Part shown: in pieces, positions 9,415 through 20,758 of the stretch
Position numbering within the stretch: the stretch's first letter is position 1
How the letters are laid out: each line of letters begins with the position of its first letter
Translations under genes and position numbers: made by a program
The notes under the pieces: model-generated
Told to the model about the DNA's origin: nothing
The model's input: only the letters and a program-made list of their open reading frames with translations
The model's database searches: none
Assembly: GCA_036229005.1 (NCBI GenBank)
Contig: JAZAMN010000062.1
Coordinates: 32,001-96,000 of the forward strand
Direction of reading: 5' to 3'
Source: Myxococcota bacterium
GTDB taxonomy: Bacteria > Myxococcota_A > UBA796 > CAJQPC01
Length of the DNA stretch: 64,000 nt

Positions 9415-11832
9415 CTACTCCCGCACAAGGACGCGCGAGGACATTGCGGGCAGGGAGATGGAGATGCGATCTCCGGAGGCCACGAAGCGCTCTCCCGACA
9501 AGAGATCCACGTAGCTGGCCTCGGGGTCGAGGTTGGCGAAGGAGAGGGAGTTGTCCAGGGTCCGGTCGGCCCAACTCCGGTTGATCATGGCCAGCACCTG
9601 ATCTTCGTCATGGACCCGGGCCCAGGCTAGGACATCGGCCTCCTCCCACCAGATGGTGCGCTCACCGATGGCCATCGCGGGGTGCTCCCGGCGGGCCTGA
9701 CCCAAGGCGGCCACGTGGTCGTGGACCTGCTGCTCCCGCCAGCTCCACTGTGACTCCCAGCGCATCATCTGGCGGTTGTCGGGGTCGTGGTAGCCGGGGA
9801 GGCCGATCTCGTCGCCGTAGTAGACCAGCGGCAGGCCCTCGTGGGTGAGCAGCCAGGTCCAGGCGAGCTGGAGGCGCAGGTAGGGCTCGTCCCAGTCGGG
9901 GCTGTCGTCGGGCCCGCGGATGTTGCTGCCGTCGGGGCAGGCGCCGTCGCCGTAGAGGCTCCAGACCTCGCCGGCGCTGTGGGCGATGAAGCGCTCCACG
10001 TCGTGGTTGCCCAGGAAGGTGGACATCAGGAAGCCGTCGTAGGCCGCCTCGCTGTCCTCGAAGGTGCGCTCCAGGTCCTGCAGGGTGCTCTCGTTGCGGC
10101 CGATGGCCGAGAGGATGGACCAGTAGAGGGTGAAGTCGAACTGGGCGTCCAGCTCGTCTTCGTTCACGTAGGCCTTGATGAGCCCCCGGTCGCCGGAGAA
10201 GGTCTCGCCGACGGTGTAGAAGTCCTCGTCACCGCCCGCGTGCACGTGCTCGATCTCGGCGTGGACGCGGTGCTGGAAGTTGTAGAAGAGGCTGTGGGGC
10301 ATGTGCTTGACTGCGTCCACGCGGTAGCCGTCCAGCTCGTACTCCTTGACCCACCAGACCGCGTCGTCGACGGAGACCACCAGCGGCTCGGGGTCGTAGT
10401 ACTTGAAGTCCGGCAGGAAGCTGTCGAACCAGCAGGTCTCGGGGTCGGTGTTCCACACGTCGCCGGCGCACACCAGCAGCTCGTTGAACCACTCGGGGTG
10501 CTCCTGGTAGTAGGGGTGGTCCTCGTGGACGTGGTTGCCGACCCAGTCGGTGAGCACGCGCATGTCCCGGGCGTGGGCCTGGTCGATCAGCTTCCGCAGC
10601 AGGTCGTCGTCACCGAAGTGGTCTTCGGGCATGAAGGGGTCGGCCGGCCAGTAGCCGTGGTAGCCCGAGTAGTTCTCCCCGCAGGAGGAGCCCCACGCGC
10701 CCTGGGGGTTGTCCTGGGGCGCGGTGAGCCAGATCACGGTGACGCCCAGCTCCTCCAGGTAGTCCAGCTTGTCGATGACCCCCTGCCAGTCGCCGCCCAG
10801 GTAGTCGGTGAGCGCGTGGGAGGTGCCCTCGTCGAAGTCCAGTCCGGTGTCGCCGTTGTGGAAGCGGTCGACGAACACGTAGTACATCAGCCCGGTCTCC
10901 CAGGCGACGTCGTCGGTCCAGAAGGGGACATAGAGCTGCTCGGCCTGCCCGCCTGCGTCGTCGTAGACGTCGATGCGCAGGGTCTGGCGCCCGTCCCCCA
11001 GGCCGTCCAGATCCAGGGCCTTGAGCTCCCCGTCGTAGACGGTCTGGTCGTTCAGCGTGGCGACCATCCGGGAGAGGCTGGAGGCGGCGGGGCCGGGGGT
11101 GCCGGCGATCTCCACGCGCACGGAGTTGTCGTCCCGGTCGATGTCCAGGGACTCCACCCAGGCCTGCGGCGGCCCGCACTCCGGCACGATGACCATGGAG
11201 TTGCAGCTCTCCTGGCCCAGGGTGCAGGAGGGGTTCCAGGAGTAGCCCTCGTCGCACTGCTGGGCGCTGGCGTTGGGGTCGCAGGTCCACTGCTCGCTGT
11301 CGCCGATCTCGACGAACTTGTAGGGGTGGTTGCCCGCAGGCAGGGCCAGGGAGATGGCGTAGCTGCCGTCGGACTGGCGCTCCATCACGTTCGCGGTGCG
11401 GTCCCAGTCGTTGAAGCTGCCGGCCAGCGCGACCGACTGCGGGTTGCCCTGGGGGGTGTAGGTGAACGTGGTCTCACAGTCGCTGGGGACCGTCTGCGCG
11501 CCGAAGATGACCTCGACCTCGGCCTGGGCCAGATCCACACATTCGTCGTCGGGGTCGGCCTCCGCGGCGGTGAGCGACAGAGTGGAGCTGCCCTCCCAGC
11601 CGCTGTCCGGGACCAGCCGGAGGGTGTCTCCCGAGATGTCCGCGACGAAGCCCTGGCCGGCGGAGACCTCCCAGTAGAGCGCGCTGGCGTCGTGGCTCTC
11701 GACCCAGGTGGACAGGTCGATCTCGATGATCTCGTCCACCTCTCCCTCCACGGACTCGGGAGGGTTCAGGGAGGGAGCGAGGGCGAGTCCGCGACAACAG
11801 GCGCAGCCCAACAACAGAAAGCTCAGGACCAC
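9415..11832 (-). CDS. GH13 alpha-amylase-family lipoprotein with CBM48-like domain
   Basis: VALAGSFNDW/YKFV (CBM48), FVDRF, GGDWQG, YHGYW, GYRVDAVKH, VGE, FLGNHD and YYGDEIG. GGAGG precedes the GTG at 11832. Confidence 0.9.
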   Translation of the reverse strand: MVLSFLLLGCACCRGLALAPSLNPPESVEGEVDEIIEIDLSTWVESHDASALYWEVSAGQGFVADISGDTLRLVPDSGWEGSSTLSLTAAEADPDDECVDLAQAEVEVIFGAQTVPSDCETTFTYTPQGNPQSVALAGSFNDWDRTANVMERQSDGSYAISLALPAGNHPYKFVEIGDSEQWTCDPNASAQQCDEGYSWNPSCTLGQESCNSMVIVPECGPPQAWVESLDIDRDDNSVRVEIAGTPGPAASSLSRMVATLNDQTVYDGELKALDLDGLGDGRQTLRIDVYDDAGGQAEQLYVPFWTDDVAWETGLMYYVFVDRFHNGDTGLDFDEGTSHALTDYLGGDWQGVIDKLDYLEELGVTVIWLTAPQDNPQGAWGSSCGENYSGYHGYWPADPFMPEDHFGDDDLLRKLIDQAHARDMRVLTDWVGNHVHEDHPYYQEHPEWFNELLVCAGDVWNTDPETCWFDSFLPDFKYYDPEPLVVSVDDAVWWVKEYELDGYRVDAVKHMPHSLFYNFQHRVHAEIEHVHAGGDEDFYTVGETFSGDRGLIKAYVNEDELDAQFDFTLYWSILSAIGRNESTLQDLERTFEDSEAAYDGFLMSTFLGNHDVERFIAHSAGEVWSLYGDGACPDGSNIRGPDDSPDWDEPYLRLQLAWTWLLTHEGLPLVYYGDEIGLPGYHDPDNRQMMRWESQWSWREQQVHDHVAALGQARREHPAMAIGERTIWWEEADVLAWARVHDEDQVLAMINRSWADRTLDNSLSFANLDPEASYVDLLSGERFVASGDRISISLPAMSSRVLVRE

Positions 11833-11962
11833 AGCACACCTCCGGAGACACCTTGGACCGGCGAGGTCACCATTTTGCACACCAGCGGGCGGATCCGTGC
11901 TCTGGACCCTTCCTTGGCAACTCGGCACTGGCCGCGGGGGGCGGCGCGCATATGCTCTTCCC

Positions 11963-12331
11963 ATGAACGCTCGCACTCTGCGCATTGGCGCGATCCTCAT
12001 GGCCCTGGCCGTCGCGGCGGGGGCCTTCGGGGCGCACGGCCTGGAAGACATGGTCACCCCCGAGCGGCTGCAGACCTGGAACACGGGGGCCCGCTACATG
12101 GTGATGCACAGCCTCGCGCTCTGCGGCATCGCGCTGCTGCCTCGGACCCCCCGGGCCGTCGGTGCGCTCTTCCTGGCGGGGATCCTGCTGTTCTCCGGCA
12201 GCCTCTTTGCGCTGGTGCTGCTGGACATGGGGGTGCTCGGGGCCATCACGCCGCTGGGCGGTCTGGCCTTCATCAGCGGCTGGATTGCCCTGGCCGTCCA
12301 GGCACCGAAACTCATCGAAACCCGGCAATAG
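11963..12331 (+). CDS. DUF423 (YgdD/TMEM256-like) membrane protein
   Basis: GAFGAHGL, LFSGSL and GAITPLGG motifs. Confidence 0.9.
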   Translation: MNARTLRIGAILMALAVAAGAFGAHGLEDMVTPERLQTWNTGARYMVMHSLALCGIALLPRTPRAVGALFLAGILLFSGSLFALVLLDMGVLGAITPLGGLAFISGWIALAVQAPKLIETRQ

Positions 12332-12438
12332 CCGCAGGCATTCCCCGTAGAATTCTCGGGTGGTTCTCCCCGCCAAGGCGCCGAAATCGGTAGGCTTGGC
12401 GGAGCCCGACCGGTCCACCTCCAGCTCACAACCAGGAC

Positions 12439-13221
12439 GTGATGCTCCCCGCTTATCTCGCAGCTTTCGCCTTCGGTGTCGTGCTCATCGGCGCCTCTGT
12501 CTTTCTCGGTGGCAAGGAGATCGACGGGGACGGGGACGCGGAGTTCGACAAGGACATCGAGTTCGACAAGGACATCGACCTGGACGGGGAGCTCGATGCC
12601 GAGCTCGATGGGGATCTGGACGCCGAGCTCGATGGCGATCTGGACGGCGATCTGGACGCGGAGGCCGAGCTGGACGCCGAGGCCGATGTCGGCAAGGACC
12701 TCGACTTCGCCAACGCGGGCGACGCCGCCAACCTGCTGATCTTCAACCCGCTGCTCTCGCTGCGCTTCTGGACCTACTTCCTGGGCAGCTTCGGCGGGAT
12801 CGGGGCGGTGCTCTACCTGATGGGGCTGGACACCGTGGTCCACCTGCCGGCCGCCTCCGTGATGGGGTTGGGCATCGGCTACGGCGCCGCGGCGGCCTTC
12901 AACTTCCTCAAGCAGCGCACGGTCGTCACGGAGACCAGCAGCAGCTCGGTGGTGGGCGACGAGGCCGAGGTCGTGCTCAGCATCGGCCCGGACAAGGCCG
13001 GCAAGGTGCGCCTGCAGCTTGGCGGCAGCGTCGCGGAGTTCAAGGCCCTGTCCCAGGACACCCTGGAGCGGGGCGAGCGGGCGCTGGTGGTGGCCATCGA
13101 CGGCCACACCGCCCAGGTGATTCGGATGCCTCGGCTGGAAGACCTCAGCGACGCGGAGGCCGCAAAGGTGCGGCGTCGCGCGGCGATGCAGGCCCGCAGC
13201 CGACAGAAGGGGGCGCAGTGA
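12439..13221 (+). CDS. NfeD-like membrane protein with acidic repeat insert
   Basis: TM helices flank an Asp-rich repeat, followed by a C-terminal OB-like segment (GKVRL...ALVVAIDG). Directly upstream of two flotillins. Confidence 0.8.
   Translation: MMLPAYLAAFAFGVVLIGASVFLGGKEIDGDGDAEFDKDIEFDKDIDLDGELDAELDGDLDAELDGDLDGDLDAEAELDAEADVGKDLDFANAGDAANLLIFNPLLSLRFWTYFLGSFGGIGAVLYLMGLDTVVHLPAASVMGLGIGYGAAAAFNFLKQRTVVTETSSSSVVGDEAEVVLSIGPDKAGKVRLQLGGSVAEFKALSQDTLERGERALVVAIDGHTAQVIRMPRLEDLSDAEAAKVRRRAAMQARSRQKGAQ
12520..12710 (+). repeat. Coding low-complexity tandem repeat (12/18-nt units; D-x-D-x-E-L)
   Basis: GAGTTCGACAAGGACATC occurs twice at 12541-12576, followed by repeated GAGCTCGATG/GATCTGGAC units. 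Confidence 0.8.
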
Positions 13222-13267
13222 TTCAGCTTTCAACACAGCAAAGGAGCGACATGACAGGAGGTGTTCC

Positions 13268-14568
<1,301 letters not shown>

Positions 14569-14572
<4 letters not shown>

Positions 14573-15813
14573 TGGAAGAGCTCCTCTCAGCCCTGGTCGT
14601 CGGCGGGTTCTTCCTGGGCTTCTCCAGCCTCGCCGTCTACATCACCATCAAGAAGCTGCTCTACATCGCCGGCCCCAACGAGGTCCTGGTGTTCTCGGGC
14701 ACGCCCTGGATCGCAGGAGACCCCAACAACCAGGGGTACACCCTGCTCAAGGGCGGCCGCCGCATCAAGAAGCCCATCATCGAGTCGGTGTCCCGCATGG
14801 ACCTGACCAACATGACGGTGGATGTCGCGGTGACCAACGCCTACTCCAAGGGCGGCATCCCCCTCATCGTGCAGGGCGTGGCCAACCTCAAGGTGGCCGG
14901 TCACGAGCCCATCCTGGGCAACGCGCTGCAGCGCTTCCTGGACCGCCCGCGGGAGGAGATCATCCGGGTGGCCAAGGACACCCTGGAGGGCAACCTGCGC
15001 GGCGTGCTCTCGCAGCTCACCCCCGAAGAGGTGAACGAGGACAAGATCGCGTTCGCCGAGAAGCTTCTGGAGGAGGCCGAGGAGGACCTGGCCTCCCTGG
15101 GGCTGGTGCTGGACACCCTCAAGGTGCAGAACGTCTCGGACGAGGTCGGCTACCTGGACTCCATCGGCCGCAAGACCTCGGCGGAGCTGCTGCGCAGCGC
15201 AAAGATCGCGGAGGCAGACGCCAAGGCGGAGGCCATGATCAAGGACGCCGAGGCCCGCGAGCGCGCCCGGGTCACCGAGGCCGAGGCCGAGGTGGAGATC
15301 GCCCGCGCTGAGACCGCCCGCATGATCCGTGACGCCCAGACGCGCAAGGCCGCCCTGGTCGCCAAGGAGGTCGGTGAGGTCGAGGCCCTGGTCGCGCGCG
15401 CCACCTCCGAGCTCAAGGTGCAGGAGGCCCGCGTCGAGCAGGTCCGCCGCCGCCTGGAGGCCGATGTGGTCGCCCCCGCCCACGCGGACATGGAGGCCAA
15501 GCGCGCCGACGCCAAGGCCCGCGCCGCCAAGGTCATCGAGGACGGCAAGGCCACCGCGATGGTCCTGGAGGAGATGATCACCACCTGGAAGCAGGGCGGC
15601 GACTCGGCCCGGGACATCTTCCTGATGCAGAAGCTCGAGAAGGTCATGGGCTCGCTGGTCGGCACCATCCAGGAGGTCCATGTGGACCGGATGACGGTGC
15701 TGCCCAAGGGCAAGGCCGACACCACCGCCACCAAGGCCGTGACCCTCAGCGAGGAGATCAAGGCCGCGGTCGGGGTCGACGTGCCCAAGCTCCTGAACAA
15801 GCTCACCGAGTAG
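14569..15813 (+). CDS. Flotillin/SPFH family protein, second paralog
   Basis: Same motifs as 13268-14572; GTGA overlap. Confidence 0.92.
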
Positions 15814-15919
15814 TTTCAGGGGTCTGGCGTCCTCACCACGCCGCACCTCGCTTGCGCCAAGCAGCCCCAGGCAGTGTCCTGGGGTTGCCAGCTCTGGGCG
15901 ATGGGGGCATGGTGCCCGG

Positions 15920-16783
15920 ATGAATCTGAGCTCCCTTCTTCTCCTGCTGGCCTGTCAGAACGACAGCGTCGGCGACGACAGCGCCTCCTCCACGGTCGAT
16001 CTGGACGGCGACGGCTACATCGAGGACGACTGCGGTCCCAACGACGCAGGCACCTTTCCGGGGGCCCCTGAGCTCTGCGACGGGGTGGACAACGACTGCG
16101 ACGGGGCGCTCGCCTGGGGTGAAGGCGACGAGAACAGCGACGGCGCCTTGGACTGCCTGTCCTGCGAGGCCGCCGGCTACTGGAGCGCGCTTGCTGCCAG
16201 CGACGACCCCGTCGGGACCGCGCCCAGCCTGCTGGAGGGCGACGCCTGCGCCAGCGGTGAGTACAGCACCGTGACCACCTGGATGTTCGAGCGCCTGGAC
16301 GCCGTGGACGACCAGGTCGAGTGCGTCTACACCGGGCGGGTCGTGGACGTATCGGACGGCAAGCCCGACGGCAGCGACATGAACACCGAGCACGCCTGGC
16401 CCCAGAGTCAGGGAGCGAGCGAGTACCCGGCCCGCTGCGACCTGAACCACCTCTTCCCATCGGATGCCTACGCCAACGGCCGGCGGGGGAACCTGCCCTT
16501 CGGCGAGGTCAGCTCGGTGGACTGGGAGCAGGGCGGCTCCAAGCTGGGGACCGACAGCTCCGGCACCGACGTGTTCGAGCCGCGGGACGTCTCCAAGGGC
16601 GACATCGCGCGGGCCATGCTCTACGTGAACGCCCGCTACGACGCGGATCTGTGGGGCCAGCAGGCGCTGCTCGAGTCCTGGTCCCAGGCCGACCCGCCCT
16701 CGGCAGACGAGATCGCGCGCAGCTTGGCAATCGGCGACTACCAGGCCCAGGCCAACCCCTGGGTGGTCTGCCCCATCTGGTAG
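15920..16783 (+). CDS. Endonuclease I family lipoprotein with a MopE-like metal-binding repeat
   Basis: PGAPELCDGVDNDCDG repeat, then MNTEHAWPQS, DLNHLFP, NGRRGNLPFG and KGDIARAMLY. Confidence 0.9.
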   Translation: MNLSSLLLLLACQNDSVGDDSASSTVDLDGDGYIEDDCGPNDAGTFPGAPELCDGVDNDCDGALAWGEGDENSDGALDCLSCEAAGYWSALAASDDPVGTAPSLLEGDACASGEYSTVTTWMFERLDAVDDQVECVYTGRVVDVSDGKPDGSDMNTEHAWPQSQGASEYPARCDLNHLFPSDAYANGRRGNLPFGEVSSVDWEQGGSKLGTDSSGTDVFEPRDVSKGDIARAMLYVNARYDADLWGQQALLESWSQADPPSADEIARSLAIGDYQAQANPWVVCPIW

Positions 16784-16806
16784 TTCCCTCGGGACCCGAG
16801 CCAGAC

Positions 16807-17733
16807 CTAGAGCGTGAGCTGACGGGCCTCCAGCCCCTGGGAGAGCTGCTCCCAGACCTTGCCCTTGTCGGGGCCGGCGATTCGGCAGGCCCTGCGGTCC
16901 ACCCAGGCGCGCAGGCTGTCCAGGTCTTCGATCGCGGCGGCGGAGAGGTCCAGGTTCAGCAGCGCGGGCAGGGTCTTCAGCACGCCGAGGTCCGTGAGCA
17001 GGCAGCGCTTGAGCGCCAGGTGCTGCAGCTCGGGCAGGCCCTGGAGGGGGCGCAGGTCGGCGGCGAGCACCATGTCGGAGATGCGCAGGGAGCGGAGGGC
17101 GCGGCAGTCGGCCAGGGCGTCGAGCTGGTGCAGGGCCTCGCAGTACTCCGCGGAGAGGGTGTGGACGCCGGGTCCCAGGCTGCCCAGGGAGCGCAGCCGC
17201 CGACACTCGGACAAATCCACGGTGCGCAGAGTGGGGGAGTCCAGTCCCCGCGCCGACTCCAGGCCGCTGCGGCGCAGGTTCAGCACCTCCAGGCTGGCGG
17301 GGATGCCGTCGGCGCTGCGCAGGGAGCGGGCCCCAGGGAGTGAGAGCTGGCGGAGGGCGGGGAGTTTGGAGATCCCCTCCAGGGACGCCAGCTTCACCGG
17401 CTGCCAGGCCACGAGCTCCTGCAGCGCGCTGAGGTGGGAGAAGGAGCGCAGGTCGGTGAGCAGCGCCGCGTCGTGATGATTCAGGTTCAGGCGGGTGGTC
17501 TGGGAGCGGAGGCGCTGGGCCTCTGCGGACTCGGTGGCACAACTCAGCCACCGCATGGCCATCCGCAAGCTCGCGTGATGCAAGGCGTCCGGCGAGGACA
17601 GGCTTCCGCCGGGCTGCGTGAGGCTTGGGCACCCCTGGAGCAGGTCGTCCACGGCCTGGGGGCCTTGGGCGCGGATTTCGGCGGCGGCGGCCTCGATCTG
17701 GGCCGGGTCCGAGCTGAGCAGGCGAGCGTCCAT
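16807..17733 (-). CDS. Leucine-rich repeat protein
   Basis: Repeated LxxLxxLxL units (LEVLNL, LRTVDLSEC, LQHLAL, LLNLDL). Confidence 0.8.
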   Translation of the reverse strand: MDARLLSSDPAQIEAAAAEIRAQGPQAVDDLLQGCPSLTQPGGSLSSPDALHHASLRMAMRWLSCATESAEAQRLRSQTTRLNLNHHDAALLTDLRSFSHLSALQELVAWQPVKLASLEGISKLPALRQLSLPGARSLRSADGIPASLEVLNLRRSGLESARGLDSPTLRTVDLSECRRLRSLGSLGPGVHTLSAEYCEALHQLDALADCRALRSLRISDMVLAADLRPLQGLPELQHLALKRCLLTDLGVLKTLPALLNLDLSAAAIEDLDSLRAWVDRRACRIAGPDKGKVWEQLSQGLEARQLTL

Positions 17734-17843
17734 GGGCCCAGTCTACGCCCTTCGGGGGCGCGACCAAAGCCCACCCGTGCCCGCGCAGTCCATCCCGGCT
17801 ACGTGTTCTCCAAATCTCCTCACTCCCTCAAAGGAGCCCTGAA

Positions 17844-18845
17844 ATGAAGCTCGGCACCCTCCGCTCCGGCGGCCGCGACGGCACGCTGGTCCTCGTCTCC
17901 CGCGACGGCAAGCGCATGACCTCCGCAGAGGGCATCGCGCCCACCCTGCAGCACGCCCTGGACAACTGGGAGACCCTCGCGCCCAAGCTCGAGGCCCGCT
18001 TCAACCAACTCGAGAGCGGCAGCATCGACGGTGAGCCCGTCAACCTGGCCGACTTCCACAGCCCCTTGCCCCGCGCCTACGAGTGGGTGGACGGCTCCGC
18101 CTACATCAACCACGTCGTGCTGGTGCGCAAGGCCCGCAACGCCGAGCCCCCCGCCACCCTCGAGACCGACCCCCTGGTCTACCAGGGCGGCTCCGGCGTG
18201 TTCCTGCCCCCCCACGGCGACATCCCCCTGGCTGACCCCGCCTGGGGCCTGGACTTCGAGTCCGAGGTCTGCGTGGTCCTGGGCGACACCCCCCAGGGCG
18301 TCAAGGCCAAGGACGCCGAGCCCTACGTCCGCCTGGTCATGATCTGCAACGACATCACTCTGCGCGGCCTGATCCCCAACGAGCTCAAGAAGGGCTTCGG
18401 CTTCTTCAACGGCAAGCCCGCCACCGCCTTCGCGCCCTTCGCCGTCACCCCCGACGAGCTGGGCCCCGCGTGGAAGAACGGCCGCATGCATCTCAACATG
18501 AAGACCGAGCTCAACGGCAAGATCGCGGGTGACCTGGCCAGCGGTCCGGAGATGCACTTCTCCTTCTTCGACCTCATCCAGCACATCGCCAAGACCCGCG
18601 CGTTCACCGCCGGCACCATCCTGGGCAGCGGCACCGTCTCCAACATGGACACCTCCAAGGGCAGCTCCTGCCTCTCCGAGAAGCGCATGCTGGAGATCAT
18701 CGCCGGCGGCGACGCCGACACCGCCTACCTGCGCCCCGGCGACAGCGTCCGCATCTCCGTGAGCGACGAGAGCGGCAACGAGGTCTTCGGTCACATCGCC
18801 CAGACCGTGGTCGAGGGCACCATGCCCGCCCCCGGTGCGCAGTGA
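17844..18845 (+). CDS. Fumarylacetoacetate hydrolase family protein
   Basis: SPLPRAYEWVDGSAYINH, DFESE, NDITLR and GSGTVSN. AAGGAG RBS; in an operon with maiA and hmgA. Confidence 0.92.
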   Translation: MKLGTLRSGGRDGTLVLVSRDGKRMTSAEGIAPTLQHALDNWETLAPKLEARFNQLESGSIDGEPVNLADFHSPLPRAYEWVDGSAYINHVVLVRKARNAEPPATLETDPLVYQGGSGVFLPPHGDIPLADPAWGLDFESEVCVVLGDTPQGVKAKDAEPYVRLVMICNDITLRGLIPNELKKGFGFFNGKPATAFAPFAVTPDELGPAWKNGRMHLNMKTELNGKIAGDLASGPEMHFSFFDLIQHIAKTRAFTAGTILGSGTVSNMDTSKGSSCLSEKRMLEIIAGGDADTAYLRPGDSVRISVSDESGNEVFGHIAQTVVEGTMPAPGAQ

Positions 18846-19477
18846 TCCTGCACGGTTACTGGCGCAGCTCCAGCGCCTACCGCGTGCGCATCGCGCTCCA
18901 CCACAAGGGCCTGGCCTTTGAGAACCACCCGGTCAACCTGCTGACCGGTGAGCACAAGTCCCCCGAGCACCTGGCGCGCAACCCCCTGGGGGCCGTGCCG
19001 GTGCTCGAGCTGGACGACGGCACCATGCTCTCGCAGTCCATGGCCATCCTGGAGTACCTGGAGGCCACCTGCCCGGAGCCCGCCCTGATCCCCCAGGACC
19101 CCATCCTGGCGGCCCAGGCGCGCATGTTCGCCGAGCACGTCAACGCCTCCATCCAGCCTCTACAGAACCTGGGGCTGGTGCGCTACGTCGGGACCCGACA
19201 CGGGGCCGACAAGGTGGAGTGGATGAAGCACTGGATCGAAGAGGGCCTCGGCGCTCTGGAGATCCTGGCCCAATCCCTGGAGCGCCAGAGCCCCTGGCTG
19301 GTCGCTGACAGGCCCTCCATCGCCGAGGTGCTGCTGGTGCCGCAGCTCTACAACGCCCGCCGCTGGGGCTGTGACATCGACGCTTGGCCCACGCTGCTCG
19401 CCGCTGAAGCCGCCGCCCTCGCCCTGCCTGCCTTCGCTGCTGCCCACCCGGACCAGCAGCCCGACGCCGTTTCCTGA
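18842..19477 (+). CDS. maiA: Maleylacetoacetate isomerase (GST zeta)
   Basis: YWRSSSAYRVRIAL, SQSMAILEYLE, IQPLQNL and HPDQQPDA. Confidence 0.95.
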   Translation: MILHGYWRSSSAYRVRIALHHKGLAFENHPVNLLTGEHKSPEHLARNPLGAVPVLELDDGTMLSQSMAILEYLEATCPEPALIPQDPILAAQARMFAEHVNASIQPLQNLGLVRYVGTRHGADKVEWMKHWIEEGLGALEILAQSLERQSPWLVADRPSIAEVLLVPQLYNARRWGCDIDAWPTLLAAEAAALALPAFAAAHPDQQPDAVS

Positions 19478-19489
19478 GAGGAGCCGCCC

Positions 19490-20653
19490 GTGCTGGACTA
19501 CATGGCCGTTGGGGAGCTGCCCCCCAAGCACCACATCGCCCACCGTCAGCCGGACGGCTCGCTCTACTGGGAGGAGTGCCTGACTCGGCAGGCCTTTGAT
19601 GGCCCCTACAGCATCCTCTACCACCGGCACCGCCCCCAGGAGCACATGCCGCGGCCCACCCGCCACGGCTTCACGCTCCCCAAGGCGGCCGCGGACCAAG
19701 CGCTGGCCAAGCGCCACTTCCGCACCCAGGACATGGCGCCTGCCGGCGGCGCTCCGATCGACGCCCGCAAGCCGCTCCTCTTCAATGGGGACATGGTCAT
19801 CGGCGTGCTGCACCCCGACCGCAGTGATCCGGTGTATTTCATCAACTCCGAGGGGGATGATCTCTTCTTCATCTTCCACGGCGGGGGCTTGCTGAGGACC
19901 CCCTTCGGCGACCTGCGCTTTGAGCAGGACGACTACGTGATGGTCCCCCGGGGCGTCGCCCACCGCTTCATCCTGGACGAGGGCGTGGAGCAGTACTGGC
20001 TGTCCATGGAGTGCTTCGGCGACCTGGGCCTGCTCAAGCAGTGGCGCAACCCCGCGGGGCAGCTCCGCATGGACGCGCCCTACTGCCACCGCGACTTCAA
20101 GCGCCCCGAGTTCATCGGGCCCGTGGACGATGGCATCCGCGAGCTGGTGGTCAAGCGGGGCGGCGCCTTCCACGGCTTCGCGCTGCGCAACCCCCTGACC
20201 GACGTCGTCGGCTGGGACGGCACGGTCTACCCCTGGGTCTTCCCCATCCTGCGCTTCCAGCCCCGCGCCGGCCTGGTCCACCTGCCCCCCGACTGGCACG
20301 GCACCTTCGGCACGCGCGGCGCGCTGATCTGCAGTTTTGTGCCCCGGGCCGTGGACTTCCACCCCGACGCCATCCCGTGCCCCTACCCGCACCACAGCGT
20401 CGACGTGGACGAGTTCCTGTTCTACGTCCGCGGGAACTTCACCTCCCGCAAGGGCGTCGGGCCAGGATCGGTAAGCTTCCACCCGCGAGGGATTGCGCAC
20501 GGGCCTCATCCCGGCGCCTACGAGGGCAGCCTGGGGCACCGCGAGACCAGTGAGCTCGCCGTCATGGTCGACACCATCGGACCTCTGGTGCACACCGATC
20601 TCGCGGCTGGCGTGGAGGACCTCGGCTACATGGCCAGTTTCATTGAGGACTGA
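19490..20653 (+). CDS. hmgA: Homogentisate 1,2-dioxygenase
   Basis: DVVGWDG, HLPP, PCPYPH, HGPHPG and ELAVMVDT. Confidence 0.93.
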   Translation: MLDYMAVGELPPKHHIAHRQPDGSLYWEECLTRQAFDGPYSILYHRHRPQEHMPRPTRHGFTLPKAAADQALAKRHFRTQDMAPAGGAPIDARKPLLFNGDMVIGVLHPDRSDPVYFINSEGDDLFFIFHGGGLLRTPFGDLRFEQDDYVMVPRGVAHRFILDEGVEQYWLSMECFGDLGLLKQWRNPAGQLRMDAPYCHRDFKRPEFIGPVDDGIRELVVKRGGAFHGFALRNPLTDVVGWDGTVYPWVFPILRFQPRAGLVHLPPDWHGTFGTRGALICSFVPRAVDFHPDAIPCPYPHHSVDVDEFLFYVRGNFTSRKGVGPGSVSFHPRGIAHGPHPGAYEGSLGHRETSELAVMVDTIGPLVHTDLAAGVEDLGYMASFIED

Positions 20654-20758
20654 GCCTTATACGAACCTGACATGGTGGGGGGCTGCAGTTGTAGCCAAAT
20701 GTCTCAGTCTCTACGGTAAACCCCGCAGGGGCTCTCCCTGAGCCTCGGGGAGCATGCC

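Noticed and set aside
9787..12393. 868-aa plus-strand ORF
   Set aside because: Antisense shadow of the GH13 gene.
17844..20653. FAH-maiA-hmgA cluster
   Set aside because: Ordinary homogentisate catabolism.
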